DNA from: an uncultured Elusimicrobia bacterium
GTDB taxonomy: Bacteria > Elusimicrobiota > Elusimicrobia > 2-01-FULL-59-12
Length of the DNA stretch: 64,000 nt
Assembly (NCBI GenBank): GCA_963702895.1
Contig: OY969767.1
Span: 64,001 to 128,000 of the forward strand
Direction of reading: 5' to 3'
Shown here: piece by piece, positions 56,538 through 64,000 of the stretch
How the letters are laid out: every line of letters starts with the position of its first letter
Numbering within the stretch: position 1 is the stretch's first letter
Translations under genes and position numbers: made by a program
Notes under the pieces: generated by a model
The model's database searches: none
Seen by the model: only the letters and a program-made list of their open reading frames with translations
Told to the model about the DNA's origin: nothing

Positions 56538-56548
56538 AGGAGGTCGTC

Positions 56549-56788
56549 ATGGATAAAAAGGAAGAAAACGCGGGTCAAGAAGGTTGCTGCTCGGACGGAA
56601 AGGGAAGTTGCTGCACGGGTGGTAAATGTTGTCCTGGTAAGTGGGCGCTCGGGCTTGTGCTGCTCCTCATTGCCGGGATGATCGGTTACAGTTTTGGAAA
56701 ATGTAACTATTCTAAATGGTGCTGCAAAGGCGACATGTCGAAATGCCCGATAACTGGAGAGAAATCCCCCACTCCGGCTGCGAAATAG
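56549..56788 (+). CDS. Small Cys-rich single-TM protein
   Basis: SD AAGGAGG; CC..CC..CC before the TM helix and C..CC..C after it. Confidence 0.7.
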   Translation: MDKKEENAGQEGCCSDGKGSCCTGGKCCPGKWALGLVLLLIAGMIGYSFGKCNYSKWCCKGDMSKCPITGEKSPTPAAK

Positions 56789-56799
56789 TTCGTTCTGAA

Positions 56800-56962
56800 C
56801 TCCCTCTCCCACGTTCCGTGGGAGACCCGCGCTTCCACAATTTCTTATAGCGCGCAGGTCCCGAGTCGTGTTCGGGAGGGCTGGGGTGAGGGCAAGTCAG
56901 AATCAGCGAGAGGGGTCTGTGCCCTCGCCCTGACTCTCTCCCGCCTAAGAGCGGGAGAGGGA
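56800..56962. repeat. Palindromic family B copy (expanded)
   Basis: CCCTCTCCC...GGGGTGAGGG...CCCTCGCCCTGACTCTCTCCC...GGGAGAGGG between convergent genes. Confidence 0.75.
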
Positions 56963-56977
56963 AGAATAGAACGCCGT

Positions 56978-57262
56978 CTATTCATCGTCCTTTTCCCCCT
57001 CTTCGTCGCCCTCTTCTTCGCCGTCTTCCTCGTCGTCCTCCTCTTCCAGGTCGTAGTCAGCGGCATCGCTCGCCAGTTCTTTGGCGTCCGCTCCCGCGTA
57101 GAGGACATACGTCGGGCGGGAAGGTTCGTCCCACACTTTCACACCCCAAACTTTCCCGTCTGATGAGGAACGGAGCTCGAAATCGTCCTCCGTGCCCTTG
57201 CGCACGATCTGGAGTGTTTCAAAAATCTCTTGCAGCGTCTTTTTGTCAGAAGACAGCGCCAT
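56978..57262 (-). CDS. Small protein with acidic C-terminal tail
   Basis: SD GAGGAGG and TAGAAT upstream; D/E-rich tail. Confidence 0.7.
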   Translation of the reverse strand: MALSSDKKTLQEIFETLQIVRKGTEDDFELRSSSDGKVWGVKVWDEPSRPTYVLYAGADAKELASDAADYDLEEEDDEEDGEEEGDEEGEKDDE

Positions 57263-57515
57263 AGTCCCTCCTCTTTAGGCGACATTCTACACGATGAATT
57301 TGACGTGTGGCCTGAAATAGATAGAATGGTCTAGAAAATGAAGCACAGGTCACATCTTTTCCGCATGAACCCGCAAGCTGCGTACCGACCGCGAAGGCTT
57401 CCAAAACTTTCAACGCTCCTCTCCGCGATCTTCGTTCTTTCCGTTGCCGCGCTTTATTGGATCGGCAAGTTTTACGGCCGATAATCACGCAACTTAAAAA
57501 ATGATTTAATGGGCC

Positions 57516-57998
57516 GTGCCCGTCGACCCCCGTTTATCGTTTCGACCGGCGTCGATCGCGGACCGCAAGGCGGTGCTCGCGATGGTCGACGCCTTGGCGG
57601 ACTGTGACAACATGCCGCGCTTGGACGAAGAGGCCCAGCAGCGGCTCATTCGAGACGCTTTTGAGCGCAAGCGCGTCGAATTTGTTTTGGCGGACTGGGA
57701 AGGGAAAGCCATCGGCTATGCGGCCCTCTTTGAGACCTATTCGACCTTCGAGGCGCGCCCCACGCTTTTTATTGATGACCTTTTTGTGTTGCCCGAGTTC
57801 CGTGGGCGGCATGTGGCCTATGAGCTGTTCCGCTATTGTTTAAGGGAGGCCCAACGCCGCGATTGCGGCCGGATGGAATGGTTGGTCCTGGAGGGCAACC
57901 GCCCGGCGTTTGGTTTTTATGATCATCTCCAGGCCAAACGCCTTAAAAACTGGGTCCCTTTTCGTCTGAACCGCGACGATATCCAACGAATGGCGTAA
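57516..57998 (+). CDS. GNAT family N-acetyltransferase (SSAT-like)
   Basis: FETYSTF, FIDDLFVLPEFRGR, CGRMEWLVL..N..A..FY. Confidence 0.92.
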   Translation: MPVDPRLSFRPASIADRKAVLAMVDALADCDNMPRLDEEAQQRLIRDAFERKRVEFVLADWEGKAIGYAALFETYSTFEARPTLFIDDLFVLPEFRGRHVAYELFRYCLREAQRRDCGRMEWLVLEGNRPAFGFYDHLQAKRLKNWVPFRLNRDDIQRMA

Positions 57999-58109
57999 GC
58001 GCTCCTCGACTCAGATAAGAATGCCATGCCGCTAAGAAATCAGCACCGCCCTGCTGCTCCTCGAAGGATGTCGCGCGTCTGAGATGTCCCGCCTCAAGCT
58101 CCTCTTTGG

Positions 58110-59702
58110 CTAGTTGTTGAGGATAGCGAGCGCCTCCTCGCGGCTGCACTCCATCAGGTACGGGATCCCCGTCACTTTGGCGCACTCCTCCGAAAGGGAC
58201 ATCAGGTCGTGCCGGCTGATCACGCTTAGGTTAAAGGCGCGCGCCCCCGCCATGATTTGCTGTAAGCCCACGCGGAGCTTGTCGACGTAGCTGTAGATGC
58301 CGATCGCCCCGAGCGGGATCTTCTTGATCTCCTCTCGGCCGACGATATCCGCCACGCGCTCATAGCACACAAAGATTTCCTCGGGCGATGTGCCGTACTC
58401 CGCGACTGTTTTGGGCAGACTCTTTTCTTCGAGCCATTGGGCGATGTTTTTGCCGACCATCCCCGGGATCATGAGGGCCCGGCCCATGCAGATCGCCTTG
58501 ACGAACGGCGCTCCCAGAGCCAGCGCCTTGAAAATGCCGTCTTCGGAGCTAAAACCGCCCGCAAACGCCAAGTCCGGGACTCGCTCTTCTTTGTGGTGAA
58601 GCACGCGCGCGAACTCCGCCGCCGCGGAGTGGAGGTAGATCGAAGGCATTCCCCACTCTTCCATCATGCGCCACGGGCTCATGCCGGTCCCGCCGGATGC
58701 GCCGTCGATCGTCAGGAGGTCAATTTTGGCCCGCGATGCCCATTTGATCGCCATCGCCAGCTCGGGCAAACCGTAGGCGCCGGTTTTTAAGGTGATACGC
58801 TGGAATCCCAGCTTGCGCAGGCGCTCCACTTCCTTATAAAAGGCTTCCTCTTCGATAAAGCCAAGGCGGCTGTGCCGTTCAAATTCCTTCAAAGCACCGC
58901 TCTTAAAAGCAGCCTGCTGTACCGGCTCGTCAGGATCCGGCGTCACGATGTAGCCGCGGCGCTTGAGCTCCTGGGCGCGCTCGAGGGAATTCACCTTGAT
59001 CTCGCCGCCGATACATTTGGCGCCCTGTCCCCATTTAAGCTCAATCGTCTTAATGCCATGCTTTTCGATGATGTATTCCGCCACACCCAGCCTGGTGTCT
59101 TCGACGTTCATTTGGATGAGCATTTCGCCTTCATCCTTGTGATATTTGCGGTAGGCCTCGATGCGACGGGTCATCTCCGGGGACTTCTTGATTTTCTTTT
59201 TCTTGTCCAGCTCCAGACCCGGATCGATGCCGCAGACGTTTTCCCCACAGACGATGGTGACGCCTGACAGAGCGGCTCCCACGGCGAAGTGGTCCCAGTT
59301 TTTCCGAGCGATGTCCGTCGATCCCAGGGCCCCCGTGAAGATAGGCATGGACATCCGGACCTTCTTTTTCCAGCCGTATTGGGTGGTCGTGTCCACCATG
59401 GGGAAGCGCGCGGTGTCGGGGTTACCCTTAACGCCTGGCGGAAGACCGCGTGCGCCTAAAGCGTAACCCTGGATGTTGAGGTGGGAATAGTCGACGGGAT
59501 AATTCTTATCTCCTCCGGCGGTCACTTCTCCGAAGGGGCCCGGGTAAATCAGTTCTCGTCCGCGAAAGGTGGCCTTAAAGACCTCGCAGTTGCCACGGCA
59601 GCCGTCCACGCAGCGCGAGCATAGGCCGCTTGTGGGGACAACATTTTTCGACCGGTTAAAGGTGCTGGTGGCGTCGTTGGCGTTCGGGGGGCGCAGATTC
59701 AT
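58110..59702 (-). CDS. FMN-binding glutamate synthase family protein
   Basis: CSRCVDGC, IELKWGQGAK, IDGASGGTGMSP, KALALGAP. Confidence 0.9.
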   Translation of the reverse strand: MNLRPPNANDATSTFNRSKNVVPTSGLCSRCVDGCRGNCEVFKATFRGRELIYPGPFGEVTAGGDKNYPVDYSHLNIQGYALGARGLPPGVKGNPDTARFPMVDTTTQYGWKKKVRMSMPIFTGALGSTDIARKNWDHFAVGAALSGVTIVCGENVCGIDPGLELDKKKKIKKSPEMTRRIEAYRKYHKDEGEMLIQMNVEDTRLGVAEYIIEKHGIKTIELKWGQGAKCIGGEIKVNSLERAQELKRRGYIVTPDPDEPVQQAAFKSGALKEFERHSRLGFIEEEAFYKEVERLRKLGFQRITLKTGAYGLPELAMAIKWASRAKIDLLTIDGASGGTGMSPWRMMEEWGMPSIYLHSAAAEFARVLHHKEERVPDLAFAGGFSSEDGIFKALALGAPFVKAICMGRALMIPGMVGKNIAQWLEEKSLPKTVAEYGTSPEEIFVCYERVADIVGREEIKKIPLGAIGIYSYVDKLRVGLQQIMAGARAFNLSVISRHDLMSLSEECAKVTGIPYLMECSREEALAILNN

Positions 59703-59951
59703 GGCAAGTTCTCCTTTTTCCTCTCCACATTGAGAGGAGTGCCTTAGGGTGATTTTCGATTTCGTGGGCTTGACTGCAGGAACGCCTCATTGCGTCCAAC
59801 AGAACATCCCGTAAGGATCCGGCGAATTCTAATAACCCACCGGAAAAATTGCAATGGAAAATAAATGACGCGAAAAGGCACAGCCCCAACTCACAAACGT
59901 AACGACGGCTGGCTTAAGCCTATTGCCCGGCCCTGTCTCAAAGGGCCCCCC

Positions 59952-60734
59952 CTACTTTATCGACGATAAATCCCGCAAACTCTTCTCTTCGCCGGGCTTG
60001 AAAGCTTCCATACGCGAGACAACGCCGAGGCGTTTCATTTCGCGCGCGAGGTCATCGGGCGTGCCGGTGAGGATGGGGAAGGTCCCGTAGTGCATCGGGA
60101 TCACGGTGCGCGCCTGCAGAGCCCTAGCAGCATAGGCTGCTTCGAAAGGCTTCATTGTGAAAACTCCGCCAATCGGCAAGATCACGACTTGCGGGCTATA
60201 GAGTTCGGCAATGAGGGACATGTCGGAGAAAACAGCCGTGTCGCCTGCGTGGTAAAAAGTCGCTGACCCCTCGTCAGAAATAATAAATCCCAAGGGGGCG
60301 CCCGCGTAGCGCATGGTTTTCCCCTCCCCGCAGCTCGAAGAGTGAATCGCGGGAACGGCCGTGATCGTGACGGTCTCAATTTTGGTGCTGCCATTGGGGT
60401 TGAGGGACACGACGCTCGAGACACCTTCCTCTTTACCGATCTCCGTCAGTTCGTAACTCGCGATCACGGGAGCTTTGAATTTTTTGGCCAGATCAAAAGC
60501 TCCTGTCACGTGATCGGAGTGACCATGCGTGAGAAGGATCCCCTCGATATGCGTAAAGGAAATCCCCTTCGGCGCTTTCGGGTTGGAGAGCCATGGGTCG
60601 ATCAAAAATATTTTCCCCCCTCTCGACGAGAATTGAAAGGACGAATGGCCAAGCCACTTTAATTTGGGCTCCGCGGCAGAGCTGACGGATGCCATCGAGA
60701 CTAAAGCAAGAAGACTCCAGAGATATCGTTTCAC
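59952..60734 (-). CDS. Metallo-beta-lactamase-fold hydrolase (UPF0173-like) with signal peptide
   Basis: WLGHS, IDPW, THGHSDH, YHAGDT, IPMHYGTF. Confidence 0.9.
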   Translation of the reverse strand: MKRYLWSLLALVSMASVSSAAEPKLKWLGHSSFQFSSRGGKIFLIDPWLSNPKAPKGISFTHIEGILLTHGHSDHVTGAFDLAKKFKAPVIASYELTEIGKEEGVSSVVSLNPNGSTKIETVTITAVPAIHSSSCGEGKTMRYAGAPLGFIISDEGSATFYHAGDTAVFSDMSLIAELYSPQVVILPIGGVFTMKPFEAAYAARALQARTVIPMHYGTFPILTGTPDDLAREMKRLGVVSRMEAFKPGEEKSLRDLSSIK

Positions 60735-60781
60735 AGTGGGACCTCCGTATTTGATTTATCGCTACGTATTATAATCAGCGA

Positions 60782-61447
60782 ATGCTCACAGGCAAACAAC
60801 TCCTTGAGAAATACGCGCAGGCGGTGCTCGCCGCGCCGGAGTCGCTGCATCTCACGGCGACGCGTGAGCCGGGAGAGTTTTGGTCTCGCCATGTGCTCGA
60901 TGCGCTCAAGCTGGTGGAGCTTATCCCCCCCTCTGAGCAAAAAAGACCATTAAAGGTTCTTGATATCGGCAGCGGGAACGGTATTCCAGGGATTCCCATG
61001 GCCATTGCTGTCCCAATTTGGTCTATGGATTTGCTGGAGTCAAATTCGAAAAAGAGTGGATTTCTAGATATGTTTTGTAAGTCTACTGGAATCAAAAATG
61101 TGCGTGTTCTGACAGGGCGAGCCGAACTGCTGGGGAGGGGGGAGGGAAGGAATTCTTATGATTTCGTCTTTGCCAGGGCGCTAGGTAAGCTGCCGGTTGC
61201 TCTTGAGCTTGCTGCGCCGTTTGTAAGAGTGGGGGGGAGTCTCATTGTTCCACATGGAACATCTTGGAATTTGGAGGTTAAGCGATCAGCCAAGGCCTTG
61301 TCCGAGCTTCGGCTCATTCTAAAAGAGCCAATACCTTACTCCATAGGGAGGGGTGTCAATTTTGTGTCTCTCTTGTTTGAAAAGATCGGTTCTACGCCAG
61401 ATATCTATCCCAGAGCGGTGGGAATACCCAGCAAGAGGCCCCTGTGA
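60782..61447 (+). CDS. rsmG: 16S rRNA m7G527 methyltransferase RsmG (GidB)
   Basis: H.LDAL, LDIGSGNGIPGIP, KK..FL, GRAE, ARAL, YPR..G.P.KRPL. Confidence 0.93.
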   Translation: MLTGKQLLEKYAQAVLAAPESLHLTATREPGEFWSRHVLDALKLVELIPPSEQKRPLKVLDIGSGNGIPGIPMAIAVPIWSMDLLESNSKKSGFLDMFCKSTGIKNVRVLTGRAELLGRGEGRNSYDFVFARALGKLPVALELAAPFVRVGGSLIVPHGTSWNLEVKRSAKALSELRLILKEPIPYSIGRGVNFVSLLFEKIGSTPDIYPRAVGIPSKRPL

Positions 61448-62124
61448 TCCCTTTACGAGACAATATCCCATCCAGGATCACTCCTTTTATAACCTGGCTT
61501 CTGATTGCGGCCAATTGCTATGTGTTTTTTCTGCAGATTACGGCAGGAGGAGTAAAGGGGTTTGAAAAATTTGTCTACCAATGGGCAGTCATACCTTCAC
61601 ATTTATTCTCGAACCCATCCCAATACTGGTATACCCTGATCACAGCGACCTTTCTGCATGGGGGTTGGGGACATATTATTGGGAACATGGTGTTTCTCTA
61701 TATCTTTGGCGACAATGTTGAGGACCGAATGGGCCACTTTAAATATCTCATCTTCTACTTTCTGATAGGCATCGTCGCGAATTTCTCGCAAGCGCTTCTT
61801 TCTCAGACGAGTCAAATTCCACTTTTGGGGGCATCAGGCGCCATCGCCGGCGTTCTGGGCTCTTATTTCTTTTACTATCCTCACGCCCGAATCATGACTT
61901 TGGTCCCTCTCGGTTTTTTCTCACGCATCATCGAAGTACCGGCGTTTGTGTTTCTAGGGATTTGGTTTTTAATGCAGACGCTGAACACGACGGTCTCCAT
62001 CTCCGTCCAGATGGCAACCAAGCAGACGTCTGGAGGTGTTGCCTTTCTCGCCCATGCCGCTGGCTTTGTTGGTGGTCTCGTTCTGAGCCCCATCTTCGGC
62101 TCCAAACGCTCCCGCTTCAAATGA
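61444..62124 (+). CDS. Rhomboid family intramembrane serine protease
   Basis: MIPLRD, FLHGGWGHIIGNM, GASGAIAG, AHAAGF. Confidence 0.93.
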   Translation: MIPLRDNIPSRITPFITWLLIAANCYVFFLQITAGGVKGFEKFVYQWAVIPSHLFSNPSQYWYTLITATFLHGGWGHIIGNMVFLYIFGDNVEDRMGHFKYLIFYFLIGIVANFSQALLSQTSQIPLLGASGAIAGVLGSYFFYYPHARIMTLVPLGFFSRIIEVPAFVFLGIWFLMQTLNTTVSISVQMATKQTSGGVAFLAHAAGFVGGLVLSPIFGSKRSRFK

Positions 62125-62130
62125 CGGCAC

Positions 62131-62202
62131 GGGGACGTTCTTCACAAATTCACAAAGTCCACACTGAATGACAGACTTTGTGAATTTGTGAAGAACGTCC
62201 CC
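62131..62202. repeat. Palindromic repeat family C, copy 2
   Basis: GGGGACGTTCTTCACAAATTCACAAAGTC...GACTTTGTGAATTTGTGAAGAACGTCCCC. Confidence 0.8.
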
Positions 62203-62214
62203 ATGTTGTATATT

Positions 62215-62230
62215 TGTTCCACGTGAAACA
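62215..62230. promoter_or_regulatory. parS: parS centromere-like site
   Basis: TGTTCCACGTGAAACA, one mismatch to TGTTTCACGTGAAACA, directly upstream of parA. Confidence 0.9.
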
Positions 62231-62242
62231 ATTTATGGCAGG

Positions 62243-63118
62243 TTGCCTTTGAAAATCATCGTTATCGCCAATCAAAAGGGGGGAGTTGCAAAAACAACGA
62301 CCGTCGTCAATTTAGCTTCCTATCTCGGACTCGCTGGAAAACAAGTTCTCCTCATCGACCTCGACCCACAAGCCAACGCCACCTCCGGTATCGGTATCGA
62401 TAAGTCCAAAGTGGAGAAGAGCATTTACGATGTTCTCATCGGCAAGGGGGAAATCGAAGGCGTTGTGCTGCCAACTCCAGAGACGAATGTTTCGCTCGTA
62501 CCCGCCAACCTTGCCCTCGTAGGAGCAGAGGTGGAGCTCGTTCACGCCCCACGGCGCGAGTTCCGATTGGCGGATAGTATATTCAAAAACGATTCTATAA
62601 ATAGATATGATTATGCAATCATAGATACGCCACCTTCGCTTGGCCTGCTGACCATCAATGCGTTTACAGCGGCGGAGAGCGTGCTTATCCCGATGCAGTG
62701 CGAGTACTATGCCTTGGAAGGGCTGGCCCAACTATATAAGACAATTCAACTGGTGCGGCAGAACTCCAACCCAGCTCTTCGCATCGAAGGGCTGGTGTTT
62801 TCGATGGTGGACATGCGCGCCAACCTCACGGTGCAAGTGATGGAAGAAGTGAAGAAGATCTTGAAGGACAAAGTTTACGAAACGGTGGTGCCAAGAAATA
62901 TTCGCCTCGCGGAGGCCCCGAGTTTTGGTAAGGCGATTGCCTCCTATGACAAGCATTCCAAAGGCGCAGAAGCTTACCTGCGCCTCGCCAATGAATTTCT
63001 GCAGCGCAACAGTCCGACGGGAAGCGCAGAACCGCTAACGCCCACCCACGTCATTCAATCCGGAGATGTGGTTGAAACGGCCACTCCCGCCGAGATCCAG
63101 GAGGTTTCATCGATATGA
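62243..63118 (+). CDS. parA: Chromosome partitioning ATPase ParA/Soj
   Basis: NQKGGVAKTTT, DLDPQANAT, DTPPSLG, PMQCEYYALEG, LAEAPSFG. Confidence 0.96.
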   Translation: MPLKIIVIANQKGGVAKTTTVVNLASYLGLAGKQVLLIDLDPQANATSGIGIDKSKVEKSIYDVLIGKGEIEGVVLPTPETNVSLVPANLALVGAEVELVHAPRREFRLADSIFKNDSINRYDYAIIDTPPSLGLLTINAFTAAESVLIPMQCEYYALEGLAQLYKTIQLVRQNSNPALRIEGLVFSMVDMRANLTVQVMEEVKKILKDKVYETVVPRNIRLAEAPSFGKAIASYDKHSKGAEAYLRLANEFLQRNSPTGSAEPLTPTHVIQSGDVVETATPAEIQEVSSI

Positions 63119-63996
63119 GATCTGCACTTGGTAAAGGTCTTGAGGCACTGATTTCAGAGGACACCGTCGCGGACGTCTCCGCCGCCAAAGCCAAGCCGTC
63201 GGGCGTCACCACCGTGGCGCTGGAGCTGATCTCGCCCAACAAGAAGCAACCACGACACTCGTTTTCTGATGAGACGCTCCAAGAACTTGCGGCGTCGATT
63301 AAGAAAAATGGAATTTTGCAGCCGCTGGTTGTCACCGAAAACGCAAGCGGTGGCTATGAGATTATCGCTGGCGAGCGAAGGTACCGCGCGGCGCACTTGG
63401 CCGGCCTCAAAGAAGTCCCCGTCGTGCTCCGCCAAGGGAGCGAACTCGAGCGCTTTGAAATGTCGCTTGTCGAAAATCTACAACGGGAAGATCTGAATCC
63501 CATGGACCTTGCTGAAGGCTTCAAGCGCCTTCAGGATGAGTTCGAGATGACGCAAGAAATGATCGCGCAAGCCGTCGGGAAAGCCCGTTCGGTGGTGGCC
63601 AATACGCTGCGCCTCTTAGACTTGTCGCTTCAGATCCAGAACGCGATACGGGCTGGACAAATCACGAGCGGCCATGCCAAAGCGTTGCTCGCCGTCGAGG
63701 ATGTCGCGGCGCGCGACGCGCTCTTCCAGGAGATTCTCTCCGAAGGCCTGACCGTCCGTCACGTCGAAAGCGCCGCGCGCGATCACAAACAGGGGATCAA
63801 AAGGGAACACCTGCGCGTGGCTGGCTACGAACAGAGATCTCCCGAGGTGCGCGCGCAGGAAGAAGCGCTGCAAGGGCACTTGGCGCGAAAAGTGGAAATC
63901 CATACCTCGAGCCCAACTTCTCACAAGGGCTGGATTAAGCTAGAATTTTACTCGCTCGATGATTTCGACGCGCTCTTCCAAAAACTCAAAAGCTAA
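63115..63996 (+). CDS. parB: Chromosome partitioning protein ParB/Spo0J
   Basis: [33 protein letters not shown] '[14 protein letters not shown]'. Confidence 0.96.
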   Translation: MRSALGKGLEALISEDTVADVSAAKAKPSGVTTVALELISPNKKQPRHSFSDETLQELAASIKKNGILQPLVVTENASGGYEIIAGERRYRAAHLAGLKEVPVVLRQGSELERFEMSLVENLQREDLNPMDLAEGFKRLQDEFEMTQEMIAQAVGKARSVVANTLRLLDLSLQIQNAIRAGQITSGHAKALLAVEDVAARDALFQEILSEGLTVRHVESAARDHKQGIKREHLRVAGYEQRSPEVRAQEEALQGHLARKVEIHTSSPTSHKGWIKLEFYSLDDFDALFQKLKS

Positions 63997-64000
63997 GCCT

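Noticed and set aside
1..64000. tRNA, rRNA, tmRNA, SRP RNA, prophage or defence genes
   Set aside because: No recognisable signatures were seen by eye; a covariance-model scan would be needed to exclude them fully.

Overview
Origin-proximal region of a GC-rich bacterial chromosome; the giant-protein style suggests an Elusimicrobiota/Omnitrophota-like lineage (inference only). Housekeeping genes: an ABC-2 exporter, ccsA-like/hemA/hemC, an HD-GYP response regulator, ald, mnmE-yidC-yidD-rnpA-rpmH, an amidase, mnmG, ppc, purE, L,D-transpeptidases, an FMN-binding glutamate synthase-family protein, rsmG, a rhomboid protease and parS-parA-parB. Notable structure: (1) a >2,887-aa Ig-repeat surface protein missing from the ORF track, downstream of a c-di-GMP-I riboswitch that carries inserted hairpins; (2) several palindromic (REP-like) repeat families, some inserted in frame in hemC, mnmE, mnmG and other genes; (3) an IS110 element inside one such repeat, with a readable bridge RNA whose guides match both the repeat target and the element's own ends; (4) an IS256 element with TIRs and an 8-bp TSD; (5) two giant modular proteins that share an N-terminal signal motif, a C-terminal Ala-Ala end and a homologous promoter; (6) a 21-bp GATC-phased foldback array upstream of rpmH; (7) several apparently leaderless genes. 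All calls are from reading the sequence by eye; no searches were run.
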